From Azolla caroliniana (lineage: Eukaryota > Plantae > Polypodiophyta): a DNA stretch of 64,000 bases. Position 1 is the first letter of the stretch; every line of letters starts with the position of its first letter. Positions 37,501-48,914 of the stretch are shown in pieces. The notes beneath the pieces are model-generated. The model was not told where the DNA came from. It did not search any database and was given only the letters and a program-made list of their open reading frames with translations. Location: NCBI GenBank assembly GCA_043228905.1, contig JBHGNT010000011.1, forward strand, positions 19,592,001 to 19,656,000, read 5' to 3'. The translations under genes were made by a program, and so were the position numbers.

Positions 37501-40500
37501 CTTCTTGCTGGTGATCTAATTTATGACCTCTAAACTGCTTCAACTCTAGAGCCTCTATCTGCTGGAGCTTCTTCTTAAGTGCTCTCACCTGCTTGGCTTT
37601 AGCTTGGTCTAACTCACTCTCCTGGTGAAAAATACCCTCCGAACCTTTCTTCACAGGCTCAAAAAAGGAAAGAGAACGCCTTCGGGAAACGATTTCAGTG
37701 TCATTGTCATCCTCCTCACTTTCCACAACTGCTGGGAACAAAGCTGTAGGAGTTGGAAGGAGTCTGTGACTCCATGACTGGGAAGATGTTGCATCTAAAG
37801 CCTTCTCTACATCTGCTAGTAATGTTGGACTCACATGGGTAAATGTCATGGGAGAGATTGCAAGTAAATAGTCCAAATTGTGTAACACAAGTTCCTATAC
37901 CAAACAGCCCACAAATCAAATGAATTTAAAAAAATTGTGAAAGTACCTCACTTTATTTGCATTTGTGAAGTATCTAACCTCACAATGCTTTCTCAATTTT
38001 GAAGCTCCCAGGGAATCTGCAACTTCAAGGAGCTGCAATGAATTCTTTGGCTCCACTACTTGCTGACAAACCACATTTTCACAAAGTTCTTTCAAACTCG
38101 GAGGCTCAAGTGGCAGTCTTCTCAAATCAGCAGAAATCTTGTCTCTCTCAAAGTGATCAAATGTCATTGTCCCATCAAAATCAAGCACTTCATCAGAATC
38201 CTCCAGATCTTTCAGCGAGCTGTCAACTGGTGAGTATGGCTGTGTGGCAGTACACTGAGGTGGAAACTTCGGTGTGTACACAGAAGCTACTGCCAGAGAG
38301 TGATTTTCGCCCACAGAAACACAACTAGCATGCTTTATTCCTTGTATACGAAATGGGACAGGAGTATCTGTCTTCATCTTCTCCCCATCCCATGCATATA
38401 TGTCACCGAATGAAGTGATAATAGCAGTTCGGAACTTCCCTGCAGCAACTCCTACAGCATGATGCCCAGCCATGCACATAAGCTGAAAGACCCACAACAC
38501 AGCATAAGCTTCAAAAAGATCCAACCTTATGGCATCATTTGTACAAAATTTATCAATTTATTTACCTGCTGGCAATGAAGATGTGGATCTGCAGAAACCC
38601 AATAGAAAATGAGTCCATCCTCTGAAACAGCGCTGCTATGTGTTGTTCCTGCAGCTACATGAATTACATGAAGACGTTCTACTTGATGAAACTTTAATGG
38701 GGCATTGCCAGCTTTTCTTGTGTTTCTCGAGATAGATACACGCCTTGGCATCACCATTTTGTATCCCCATGTAAAGACCTGTCAAATGGTGAAAAGCTGA
38801 TCATGTATAGGCTTTAACTGAACGTAGAAAGCTGAAATAATGTAAAGGATAAGGTGGCAACCTCTCCCTCCAAACCAAGTACAACTGTATGATACTTAGC
38901 TGCTGATACCCCAGAAAACTTCTTTCCTTTGAGATACTCTACTGCACGGGGTATATGATTGGAAGCAGAATTTGAGGTCCCATAACCTAGTTGCCCCTCA
39001 CGATTGCAACCCCATGTAAATACCTCTCCAGCGTCAGTTATAACAGCACTGTGTTTATTTCCTGCTGCTGCTGCCATGACTCTTGCTTTTATTGCAGTTA
39101 CTCTTCGAGGTGTTGGTTGTGTATCAACCGACGTGTAACCAAGTTGCCCCTCTAAAGGAGAAGTAAGAACATGTGAGACTCCCTACTGAGGGTATATTTT
39201 AAAGCAAAGATACGAAAACTGAAGTGTATACTAAATTTATGAAAACAAACAACGCAAATATCTGCCCATATGACTTGAAGATTCATCACCAACTACTTCG
39301 AAATTTAGAATATGTGGCTACTACTGTTAACAAAACATCAAGAACTCAAAAGGCAGAATTTGGAACTAGTATATTATCTGCCATATCCAATAATTGTTGC
39401 CAATCCATAATCTATCACAGAAGCTCAATGTGCATGCTGTGTACTATTCAGAAATACTATCATAGTTTACCAGTAAATTGAAAAAATCAATAGAACAAAC
39501 GAGTTGAGATAGATAGATAGATAGATAGACAACTGTAAGTTAGCACGTTTCATAGGCTCCAGTTTTTGTTTTCTTTCTTATTCCCTAATTTTTCTTTCTT
39601 ATATACTTTCAAGATAGATCATACAATTTAAAACTGATTCTTGTTCAATGTAACAGCAAATGATAGACTGTAGTTTTTGTTTTCTTTCATATTGACTGAT
39701 TTTTCTTTCTTGCATACTTTCAAGCTAGACTCATGAAACTTAAAACTGATTCTTGTTCAATGTGACAGCAAATCATCACACTTAATCCTGCATTGGATAA
39801 ATCAAAACTCAAGGCATGCAATCTTCTTTACAGAAGATTAAAAACCTGTCCCCATCTTCTGCTTACCTCTATTTGAACCCCATGTGAATACGTCACCGCC
39901 ATCTGTAACAACTATAGAATGGTGCTTAGCAACAGCAACAACTTTAACCTTTTGATTTCCTAGTCCAGATGATACTAATTGAGGTGTAATGACTGCAGCC
40001 TGACCACTGATACAAATTCCCCAGGTGGAGAAAACCAATCATTATTAGCAAATGTGTTATACAACCGATTCTATCAGATTTATGTTTATTATCACACCTG
40101 TGTATATCAAAATCATTGTGTCCCAACCTCCCTCCTCTTCCAAAACCCCAAGAATAAAGTTTCCCATCTGCAGTTATTGCCATGCTATGAAACTTTGCAG
40201 CAGCTATGGCTATCACATTTAAACCTTGAAGGGCATCCAACCTGCAGGGCACTTTCTGAATCCCTACAGTCCCAGTGCCAAGCTGATAATTTGCACCATT
40301 ACCCCAGCTGAAAACCTCGGTTCCACCTGTATATGATACCAAACAGATTAATCAACTAGACACCATATTTGCTTCACTTAACCTCATTAAGATTGAACTC
40401 AAGACCAACCTGCATTACTTGAATCCTCAATAACGTTTTTTATAGGACCAGAAATAAGATCGATCGGTATGCGCCCTTTGGAATCTTCTATCAACAGACT

Positions 40501-42959
40501 GGCACCTGCTTCAATCAAGACACCTGCCACTGCCAAGTGGCCAAAATGAAGAGCTCTGTGAAGGCTAGTCCAACCTGATTCCCCATCCTGATTAAAGAAA
40601 TTTGCAGCTTAGACTGAGAATGCAACCCTGGCACATGAATTGAGAAAACAATGGGTTGTAAAAGAATTTGCAGTTCTGAGATTCTAATTCTCGCACATTA
40701 TTTGTGAAAATTATGGATTGCAAATGAAATTTGCAGTTTAATGTCAGATTGTAGTTCGGGCACATAAATGGAGAAAACAATGAATATTAAACAAAATTTC
40801 CAGTTCTGATGTTGTAATTCTGGCACATACTTACGAAAATAATTCTGAGATTGTAGCTGTGGCACATGGATTCAGAACATAATGCAGCGTGTCACAAGAA
40901 ATAAGTGGCAATGATGTAAACATCTATATTTCTATCATCAAGAAAAAAAACTTTTGATACAGTAGATTAAATATGGTAAATTTTGAAGGGAATAACATGG
41001 GATGATATATTTCAAAAAAACATCTATATTTCTATCATCAAGAAAAAAACTTTTGATACAGTAGATTAAATATGGTAAAGTTTGAAGGGAATAACATGGG
41101 ATGGTATATTTCAAAACATAAAATGTATACTCATTGTTCAATGCAACAGTTCATTGTCTTAAAATCACCACTTCCTCAGTAGATTCTAAATCCATGTTCT
41201 GGCAGTGGAACCCTTACCCAAAACCTTTAAGAAATGTCCAGTTGAACCTATTCCTCAAGAGAGGTTCTGCTTGACTTCGGCATCTGGTGGATGAATAGTG
41301 AACAAAACTCTCCTCTCCTTGGAGAAGGATTGAGACGACCTACCGATGGAGATATGTATCTTATAAGTACTTAGTTTTTTGCTAATAGCGACCAGCAAAG
41401 TATTCTAGACTTGTAATGTATGTATGTATGTAGAACTAACTCCTCCCACTAACCCGAGAAATAATAGTATCTATACATTAGCACTATATAGCAACCAGCG
41501 AAGTATTCTAGACTTGTAATGTATGTGAAATGACGCCTCTCACTAACCCCAAAAATAATAGCATCCATACATTTCGCACTATATATAACACATACAGACA
41601 ACATCACAAAGAAACGAAAATATATTAATGTCTAGCAATGGGCCCGGTTCGGTTTCGGTTCGGTTCGGTTTCTTTGCCTTGAAACCAAACCGAACTGAAC
41701 CAAACCATTTATATCAAACAAAAACCAAACCAAACCGTTTATGAACTTTCAAGCCATAAAACCAAACCATTTAAGAAAAGGTAAACCAAAACCGTTTAGG
41801 GAAAAGTTGAAACCAAACCGAGCCATTTAATAAAAAGTTTAAACCTAACAACATTTAAGCCAAATTAAATAAATAAATAAATATACACTAAATTAAATAA
41901 GCATTTATGTTAAATAAATAAAGAAGTATTAATTAAGCCATTAGATTAAATAAACATTTAATTTAAGTGAATTAAATCAATAAAAAACATTAATTAAACC
42001 ATTAAATTACATAAACATTTAAGGGATAAAAAAAGTTAGCCCAAAAACCTTTAAACCTTTAAACCAAACCACTTAAACCGATAAACTCCAATTTCAGAAC
42101 CAAACCGAACCGAATTATTTTGGAACTTATAAACCTTTAAACCATGGCTTAACGGTTCAGTTGGGTTTGAGCAAAAACCGGGCCCATTACTATTAATGTC
42201 CTAAAAAGTGCATGCCAAATATACAGAACAGTTGGGCCAACCATAAGCATTCCTGATTATGGTACATACAATCTCTGAATTGCAAATGGGAAGTGGCACA
42301 ACCAATTGAATATCTTTGGATTCTGTATATCACAGTTTTTTCTGAATTGCAAATGGGAATTGAAGCAATATGCAAAGGGACTTCCATGATCAATTACTCT
42401 AAATTACCAAAACACAAAATTTGCATTTTTTATATGCTTAACGAGAAAAAAAACAGGGAGAATCACAAAAATACTGCTGCGTTCTTCTTTATTTCCCTGA
42501 ATGCTCTTGGTAACCCCCTCTTGAGCAATTATATGATGAATTTTTCTCCTCTTTCATTCTTTCAGAATTTTGACCATGGGCATTGGTGAGATCAAGAAAA
42601 TCTCAGAGCTATTTCAGAGTTTCCCACACAGGCAAAACAATCTTAACACACACAGCAACATTCTGGTTAATTACCCTGATATCTGTGTCAGCCCCTGCAG
42701 CTAGCAGCTTCCTCGTGATGGGTATGTGGTTCCTCCACACTGCAATGTGCAGGGCAGTTGACCCAAATGCGTTACGCACGTCAATGCTTCCATTGTTCTT
42801 CTTCAGCACTCCCAATGCAGCATCCACATCAGCGGCTGTGCCGCTTCGCACAGCAGCCCACAGATCTTTGATGGGAAGGGATATTAGGGCTTTGCGACCA
42901 CCACTCCCTTTGCCGATGGGAGTGGTGGCGGTGGCACAGCCATTGGGGGATGCTTCCAT
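34565..42959 (-). CDS. Ankyrin-repeat + RCC1-repeat protein (IBTK-like, plant ANK/RCC1 family), ~1183 aa
   Basis: 10 GT-AG exons: 42959-42675, 40587-40410, 40326-40098, 40006-39867, 39151-38862, 38778-38566, 38482-37979, 37894-37187, 35689-34913, 34792-34565 (3552 nt, open). Ankyrin: FGSTALHIAVWRNH, DGESGWTSLHRALHFGH. RCC1 repeats: VFSWGNGANYQLG, YSWGFGRGGRLGH, FTWGCNREGQLG. BACK-like SLKELCE...LRKHCE, and C-terminal RWYKP..IRNIQIEEEAI. Confidence 0.92.
36742..37085. repeat. Tandem duplication (~171-bp unit) in intron 8 of the IBTK-like gene
   Basis: TGCAGTTCACTCCCTATCTAG...AAAGCTGAC(G/A)TAAAAATA occurs twice, near-identical. Confidence 0.9.
40919..41118. repeat. Tandem duplication (~100-bp unit) in intron 1 of the IBTK-like gene
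   Basis: AACATCTATATTTCTATCATCAAG...ATATTTCAAAA occurs twice. Confidence 0.9.
41633..42192. mobile_element. Complete 560-bp hAT-type MITE (AACCG family) in intron 1 of the IBTK-like gene
   Basis: TIRs TAGCAATGGGCCCGGTT / AACCGGGCCCATTACTA with a perfect 8-bp TSD TTAATGTC (41625-41632 and 42193-42200), AACC(G/A) subterminal repeats and an AT-rich core. Confidence 0.92.
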
Positions 42960-44249
42960 TGCAAAAGCAAGACCTTCTTCTTTTTTTCCTCCTGCGTGTC
43001 CGGTGTGTCAGCAAATCCAAGGTTCAATTGGCAGAAGAGGCGACTACCTGTTGTGGTTTCCTTTATATCCGAATTACGATATGTGATTAGGAGAAATGGA
43101 AAACCGTGAGCGAGTAGCCTTAAAAGTAGAGATGGATCGTTCTCATTCTTCCTCCTCCTCCACGCAGACACATAGCAGACCCCACACAGAATTACACGGC
43201 ATGAGAGAGAGAGAGAGGCAGAGAGAGCTCTCTTCCTGTCGCTTCTTCTCGACGGATCTTTATTCTTTATTCTTCTTTTCTTTTTCGCTTTCCTGTTTTT
43301 TTCTTTTTATCACTGGCTCTCTCTTTTCCTTTCCTTTGTCTTCCTTCTTCTTCACACCATGGGAGCAGAATATGCTGCATCGCATTCACAAGATGCTTCA
43401 AGACCCTCTCTTTCTTTTCTTCTCCTCCCCACCCAAACAAACAAAACACAAACACAAAAGGCACGCCAAGATAGAGCTAGACCTGATTGATTGACTTATC
43501 GGGATTTTTATGGACACAATGTTTTTGTTTATAAGATCTTCGAGAGTCGTTTACGTCTCTGTCTATCTATCTCTGCATGGTGCAGTGGAAGGTGCGAGGA
43601 TCCGATAGATAGCTCTCGATTGAGATATGGACGTCTATGAGCTCGAGCTTCACAAGGAAATTATACCACATTTACTATTATTAACCAATGACAATTGGTC
43701 ATGTTTCATCTCCCCCCCCCCCACCCCTTCAAGTTCAATGTGGATATGACGTAATGTTGAAATGCAATATCGAAGGGCCCAAGAAGAAGAGGAATGCATG
43801 AAGGAAATTTAGGCCCATACACCTTCGAGGATTTTTGGAGGGGATTAGTGACGTTCTATTCGCCTGAGTTGTGGACTCCATAGACGTCAAGGAATCTATG
43901 AACATGAGTAGTTAAAGAGCAAACCCATGAAGTTCTCTACACACACCATAAAAGGGGTTGAGGTGAAAGGGGAAAGGAAAAATGTATTGTTGGATTTCTA
44001 CATACAAGGGGGAAAAAATTTCTTGAATGTGTAACTTGGGGTTCATGGAAATTGACCAACCCACTCACTAATTCATATCATGATCCGTTTGGATTCGGTA
44101 AGATCTATTAGAGCTTGTAGCAACATCGAGATACTCAAAGATTAGTTGTTCATTGTTTTGCTCATCCTATCTTGAAACGTTGCCAATGTCGTTCTTGCAT
44201 TGTCATTGTCTTTCGTCAACAAGCCCAACCTCCCATGCATCCATAGTGT

Positions 44250-45790
44250 TCCACCAATTCATGTCTCAATCAAGTAATTGTGATACGCCACAAAGTGGAT
44301 TAGGAAATACAATTAATCCATAGTTCCACCTCTTTGAATTGTTGACAATGCATCTTCTAATCACGAAGACCATCATTGCTTTGTATCATTATCAAAGTCG
44401 TCATATACCATTATTGACACCCAAACTTGGCCTCGATTCCACAATCAAGAAAAATACAATTTCTATAGTTACAATCGTAGTGCTTGTTTGCACTTGAGCT
44501 CCTCGTCTACATTCAAGTTCTTTGGTTTACTTCAAAATACATTGATGATACAACCAGTGATTAATATAACTTCTTTGTGGAACTCATGGTTTATATTGTT
44601 ATGTTGAAGTATTGACACTATCTACTCCGGGAGGGTCTCATTTGGTAGATTCCTATAGAAATTTTGAAACTCATGACAAATATATTCCCCTCCATTGTCT
44701 AATCATAAAGGTTTCCATTTCACTCATTTCTTTGTCTCCATTGTTGCAAACCATACCTTGAAACCTGTGAAGACGTCATTCCTATTCTTCAATGGTTATA
44801 ACTTATACCCACACTTTCCTACGGGCATCATTGGTGAAGGTAACAGAGTAGTGATATTAGCCCACATGCATTGCGATGCACCGTAGTCATTGTGGTTCAA
44901 TGTAGATTCCACACACATGTGGGCATTCTTAGATTGCTTTATGTATACACAATACTCACAAATTTATTAGATAGAAAATGATCATGCATGCAAATACTCA
45001 AAACTAAACAACATTTTCATTTGATTTTAGACTTGTGGTTAAACAACCATTCGATGTCATGATAATAAATTAGGTTGGCATGTTCAGAAGTGCTCCATTG
45101 GGGACAAATAGAACAAATTTGGTACCTTTGACAACTACAAGGTTTCTCTAAACAATTTTGAATGTTTCTCCACAAAACACTGCCATGTATCCAATCTCTT
45201 TCAATCAAACCATTAATGTTAATCTTCTTGTTAGTTCATGGATATGGTGGACTTCATCCTTGTTTCTCTAAAGAATTTTGAATGTTTCTCCACAAAACAC
45301 TGCCATGTATCCAATCTCTTTCAATCAACCCATTAATGTTAATCTTCTTGTTAGTTCAGGGATATGGTGGACTTCATCCTTGTTTCTCTAAAGAATTTTG
45401 AATGTTTCTCCACAAAACACTGCCATGTATCCAATCTCTTTCAATCAACCCATTAATGTTAATCTTCTTGTTAGTTCAGGGATATGGTGGACTTCATCCT
45501 TGTTTCTCTAAAGAATTTTGAACGTTTCTCTACAAAACACTGCATGTATCCAATCTCTTTCAATCAACCCATTAATGTTAATCTTCTTGTTAGTTCAGGG
45601 ATATGGTGGACTTCATCCTTCATGAGCTACTTCCCATATGCCAACGATGACAGATCTAACTTTGACCACCACACATCGGTGAGAGCCACTCAATTTGTGA
45701 ATTGTTCTCTATGTGGAGTCATGTTGAATTGCGTGCTCAAGTCCAACAGCTACATAAGCAATATATCGAAATGAATGAAGTCATAATGCA
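44250..45790 (-). mobile_element. Degenerate Ty1/copia pol remnant (protease to integrase)
   Basis: The minus strand gives LLDLSTQFNMTPHRE (protease region) and then YSVTFTNDARRKVWV...KNRNDVFTGFKVWF...LDNGGEYICHEF (copia integrase core). Boundaries are approximate. Confidence 0.75.
45142..45620. repeat. Four-copy 120-bp tandem repeat derived from copia pol
   Basis: Units start at 45142, 45262, 45382 and 45502 and are nearly identical. The minus-strand translation KDEVHHIPELTRRLTLMG*LKEIGY resembles copia 'DVRHVPEL..NLIS.G.L...GY'. Confidence 0.92.
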
Positions 45791-48459
45791 TGCATCTAAT
45801 GAAGGTTGTTGTACGCTAAACTCCACACTCTCTTACAACTTTTCTTTTCTTTTTTACAAAAAAACTCTCTTACAACTTTAACTTATCTTATACATTGTGT
45901 GTGAACACACACACCTCTCTCTCATTACACTTCTTTGTCGAGTATACATCTCTCCTTATTTTCCATTTGAATCTTAGTTATGACAAATTGCAATGATACT
46001 TTTATCATATAACTTGATTCTAATGTACTTTATAAATCTACATTGACTTGTGTAATATAAAAAAATGGCAAACCATAAAAGCAATTATTAATGAATTTAG
46101 ATTGTTCACATGTGAATATTATAATATATATATATATATGGACCATGTTCCATTGTTTCTTAACGGACATGAAATTGTTTGTTTCTTCATTTCTTAAGGG
46201 TAGCCAAGCTATGATGACTTGCCAATAAGCCTTTAGAATAATATCACACATCTCTCACGAGTCATCCCTCTTGTCAATGTATATTTTTCATACAAGGGTG
46301 GCCTTATGCATATACATATGGCCCTAGAGACTACATTCGATGTCTAAAGACCAAATGTAATAATGAGCAGTAGAGGTGGGGGCCTTTAGAATGAGTGTGT
46401 AAAAAGGGTCATGCATGGTCACATGGCCTCCATTAATAGGCATAACTGCCGCCGCCGCATAAGAGGTTTTATTTCACATTCACATTGTGTGGTTCTTCAT
46501 GCTTCAACGATGCAACTCCTTTGATGACCACAACAACTACACCAGGATTCTAACATACAAGACAATATGTTTTAAATATGATAATTGTGTGAATACATAA
46601 ATAGAAGTTCCATATAAGGAATCTTTCATTCATCTCCATGTTGATGATATTGTATGAGCAACAATCAATCCTTGTGCTTTTGGTAATAATTGGTTCTCAA
46701 AAGCCTCCTTCCACATGCTTGACACACATAGTAAATACTCTCTTTGTCATTCATGCATTTGACATAGTTGAATACTACAAACATAGTGATAACCTAATTT
46801 TGTAGGTATGTCGACTTCCCCTCCTAAAATCATACTTTATGTATGCATCCCTAAACATATAAATGAGATGGATCAAGCGCAAAGTTATTGGTACCCTATA
46901 AGCAATGATTAATCCTTGTTGCCCATATGTAATTCTCAAATAAGAGATTGTCACTTGCGATAGATGTAGCATCATACAACACCTTGCACACCACCTTCCT
47001 CACTTTATGCATGTCACCATCTTCAATGCAAGTTTCATAATATAAAACAACTCATGCTTTAATATACCCTTCAAATCTATGAATTGGAGAAATCCCATGC
47101 CTCCTATTACTATTCAACCCATCTCTTCCATTGCATAACATAAGATGCTTGAATCCCACTTAGGTCACGTGATAGGGGTTTAAAATGTCATATGTGTTCA
47201 ACAATGAACAACTAAAACTCCAAATGAATAAAGTTCCCATTTATATTTATGGATACAAAAAATTAGGTGCCATCTCCCATTGCATTTATCCCAAATTCCA
47301 ATGTGAGATGTGGTATTGAGTTTAACTGAAGAGAGAGAAAACATGGAGTGATAGACATTCAATGCGCATAACAATAATTAATTGAATTTTGTGTAAGAAA
47401 AATAATCAACTTCGTTTGTTTGCTTTGAAGCAATAAGCTATTGGGTATCATATTTAGTGGGCACGCCACTACTAGAACGTAGATACAACATGAAAAAACT
47501 AACAAATCTTGAATCTTCAGTTTGTTCAACTTAAACACTTCAACGAGAGATGGTAAAGGCAAAGTATGTTGACATGATGACAAGCAAACTACAACATTGC
47601 AAAGAATGATAAGAGGAAGAACTAAAAAGAGATGGGTGACAATTTTTACAAGTGACCCACAAAGTCAGACAAAAACGAAATATTACATTGGTGGGTGTGT
47701 GTGGGAGGGGCTCTTAGTTGTGAGCGTGTGCGATCTAAACTAGAGGCGCAAATTAAAGCAAAATAGAAAATATGTATACGGTGAGGAATATTTAGAGATG
47801 CAAATGGAGACATATACATATATTTTTGATAAGAAAGGACGTAAGTCAATTCACTTAGTTTAAAAATAAAACTACCTTTTATTTTTACATCAAACTATGT
47901 TGCTATTTTTACTAGAGAGCACAACTATATTTTGTCATCCTAAAGCTGTGTGTGTGTGCATATATAAATAGTATAGGGTTTTCACCCAACAGATAAGATA
48001 TAGGAAGTACTGACACTAAGGAATGGGGGGAGCATTCTTGGAGCATATTCTAGCAGGAGGCTTGGGGATCGAAGGAGCCAATTCGGAGCATATTCTGCTC
48101 AGTTCTATCGGGAGGAGCAACGGAATCAAGAAGTAAATTAGGATCAATCAAAGAAGAAAAAAGAGGAACGAAGAATGAATAGACAGATAAAAAACAAACA
48201 AACAAACAAAAACCGCACGCATGCACGTACATATTAGCATTCTCCGTGGAGACCAAACACCCGTGGAGTCGCATAGACACAAAGAGAGAGAGAGTGCGTG
48301 CGCGAATGTGCATATGTATACATATATAATTATATTACTGTCCTATCCCCTGATACGAGAAGACCGAGTGTTGGTTAGCCGCGTAGATATACTTAGCCAT
48401 ATTGTGGATGCATGCGTGTGAGCGAATGCAACAACTTGAATAGTCTCCATACCCAGACA

Positions 48460-48870
48460 TACGTACAAATACAAATACAAATACAAATACAAATACAAAT
48501 ACAAATACATACATGCTTATAAATACAAATACAGACATACATAGAAATACAGATACATACACACACACACACACATACTGTCATACATACAATTTTACAA
48601 ATACATACTTTCATTCTTCCCCCTTTTAAAGTTCTTCTTCTTGCCTTTTTTCTTCATCCTCTCTGTTTTGTTCTGTTCTTTCCTGCTCTCTGCTCTGTTC
48701 TGTCTTACATACATATAAATACAGATACAGACATACATAGAAAATACATACATACAAATACATACATACTTTCATTCTTCCCCCTTTTAAAGTTCTTCTT
48801 CTTGCCTTTTTCCTTCATCCTCTCTGTTCTGTTTTGTTCTGTTCTTTCCTGCTCTGTTCTGTTCTGTTCT
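48460..48870. repeat. (AAATAC)n microsatellite plus duplicated leader/promoter segment of the RING gene
   Basis: About 7 ACAAAT units at 48465-48508. The block ATACATACTTTCATTCTTCCCCCTTTTAAAG...CCTGCTCT occurs at 48601 and 48762. Confidence 0.85.
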
Positions 48871-48914
48871 TTCCTGTCTGGTCTGCATCTTGCAAGTCGA
48901 ATTCTAATCTAACC

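Noticed and set aside
37940-37980. Duplicated donor GTGAGGT..CTT(T)CACAA in IBTK-like intron 7 as an alternative splice site
   Set aside because: Using it would leave an intron of only ~52-57 nt, and one option shifts the frame, so it is unlikely to be functional.
45142-45620. Regular repeat array as a possible CRISPR
   Set aside because: The units are contiguous 120-bp copies with no unique spacers, they derive from copia pol, and the context is eukaryotic with no cas genes.
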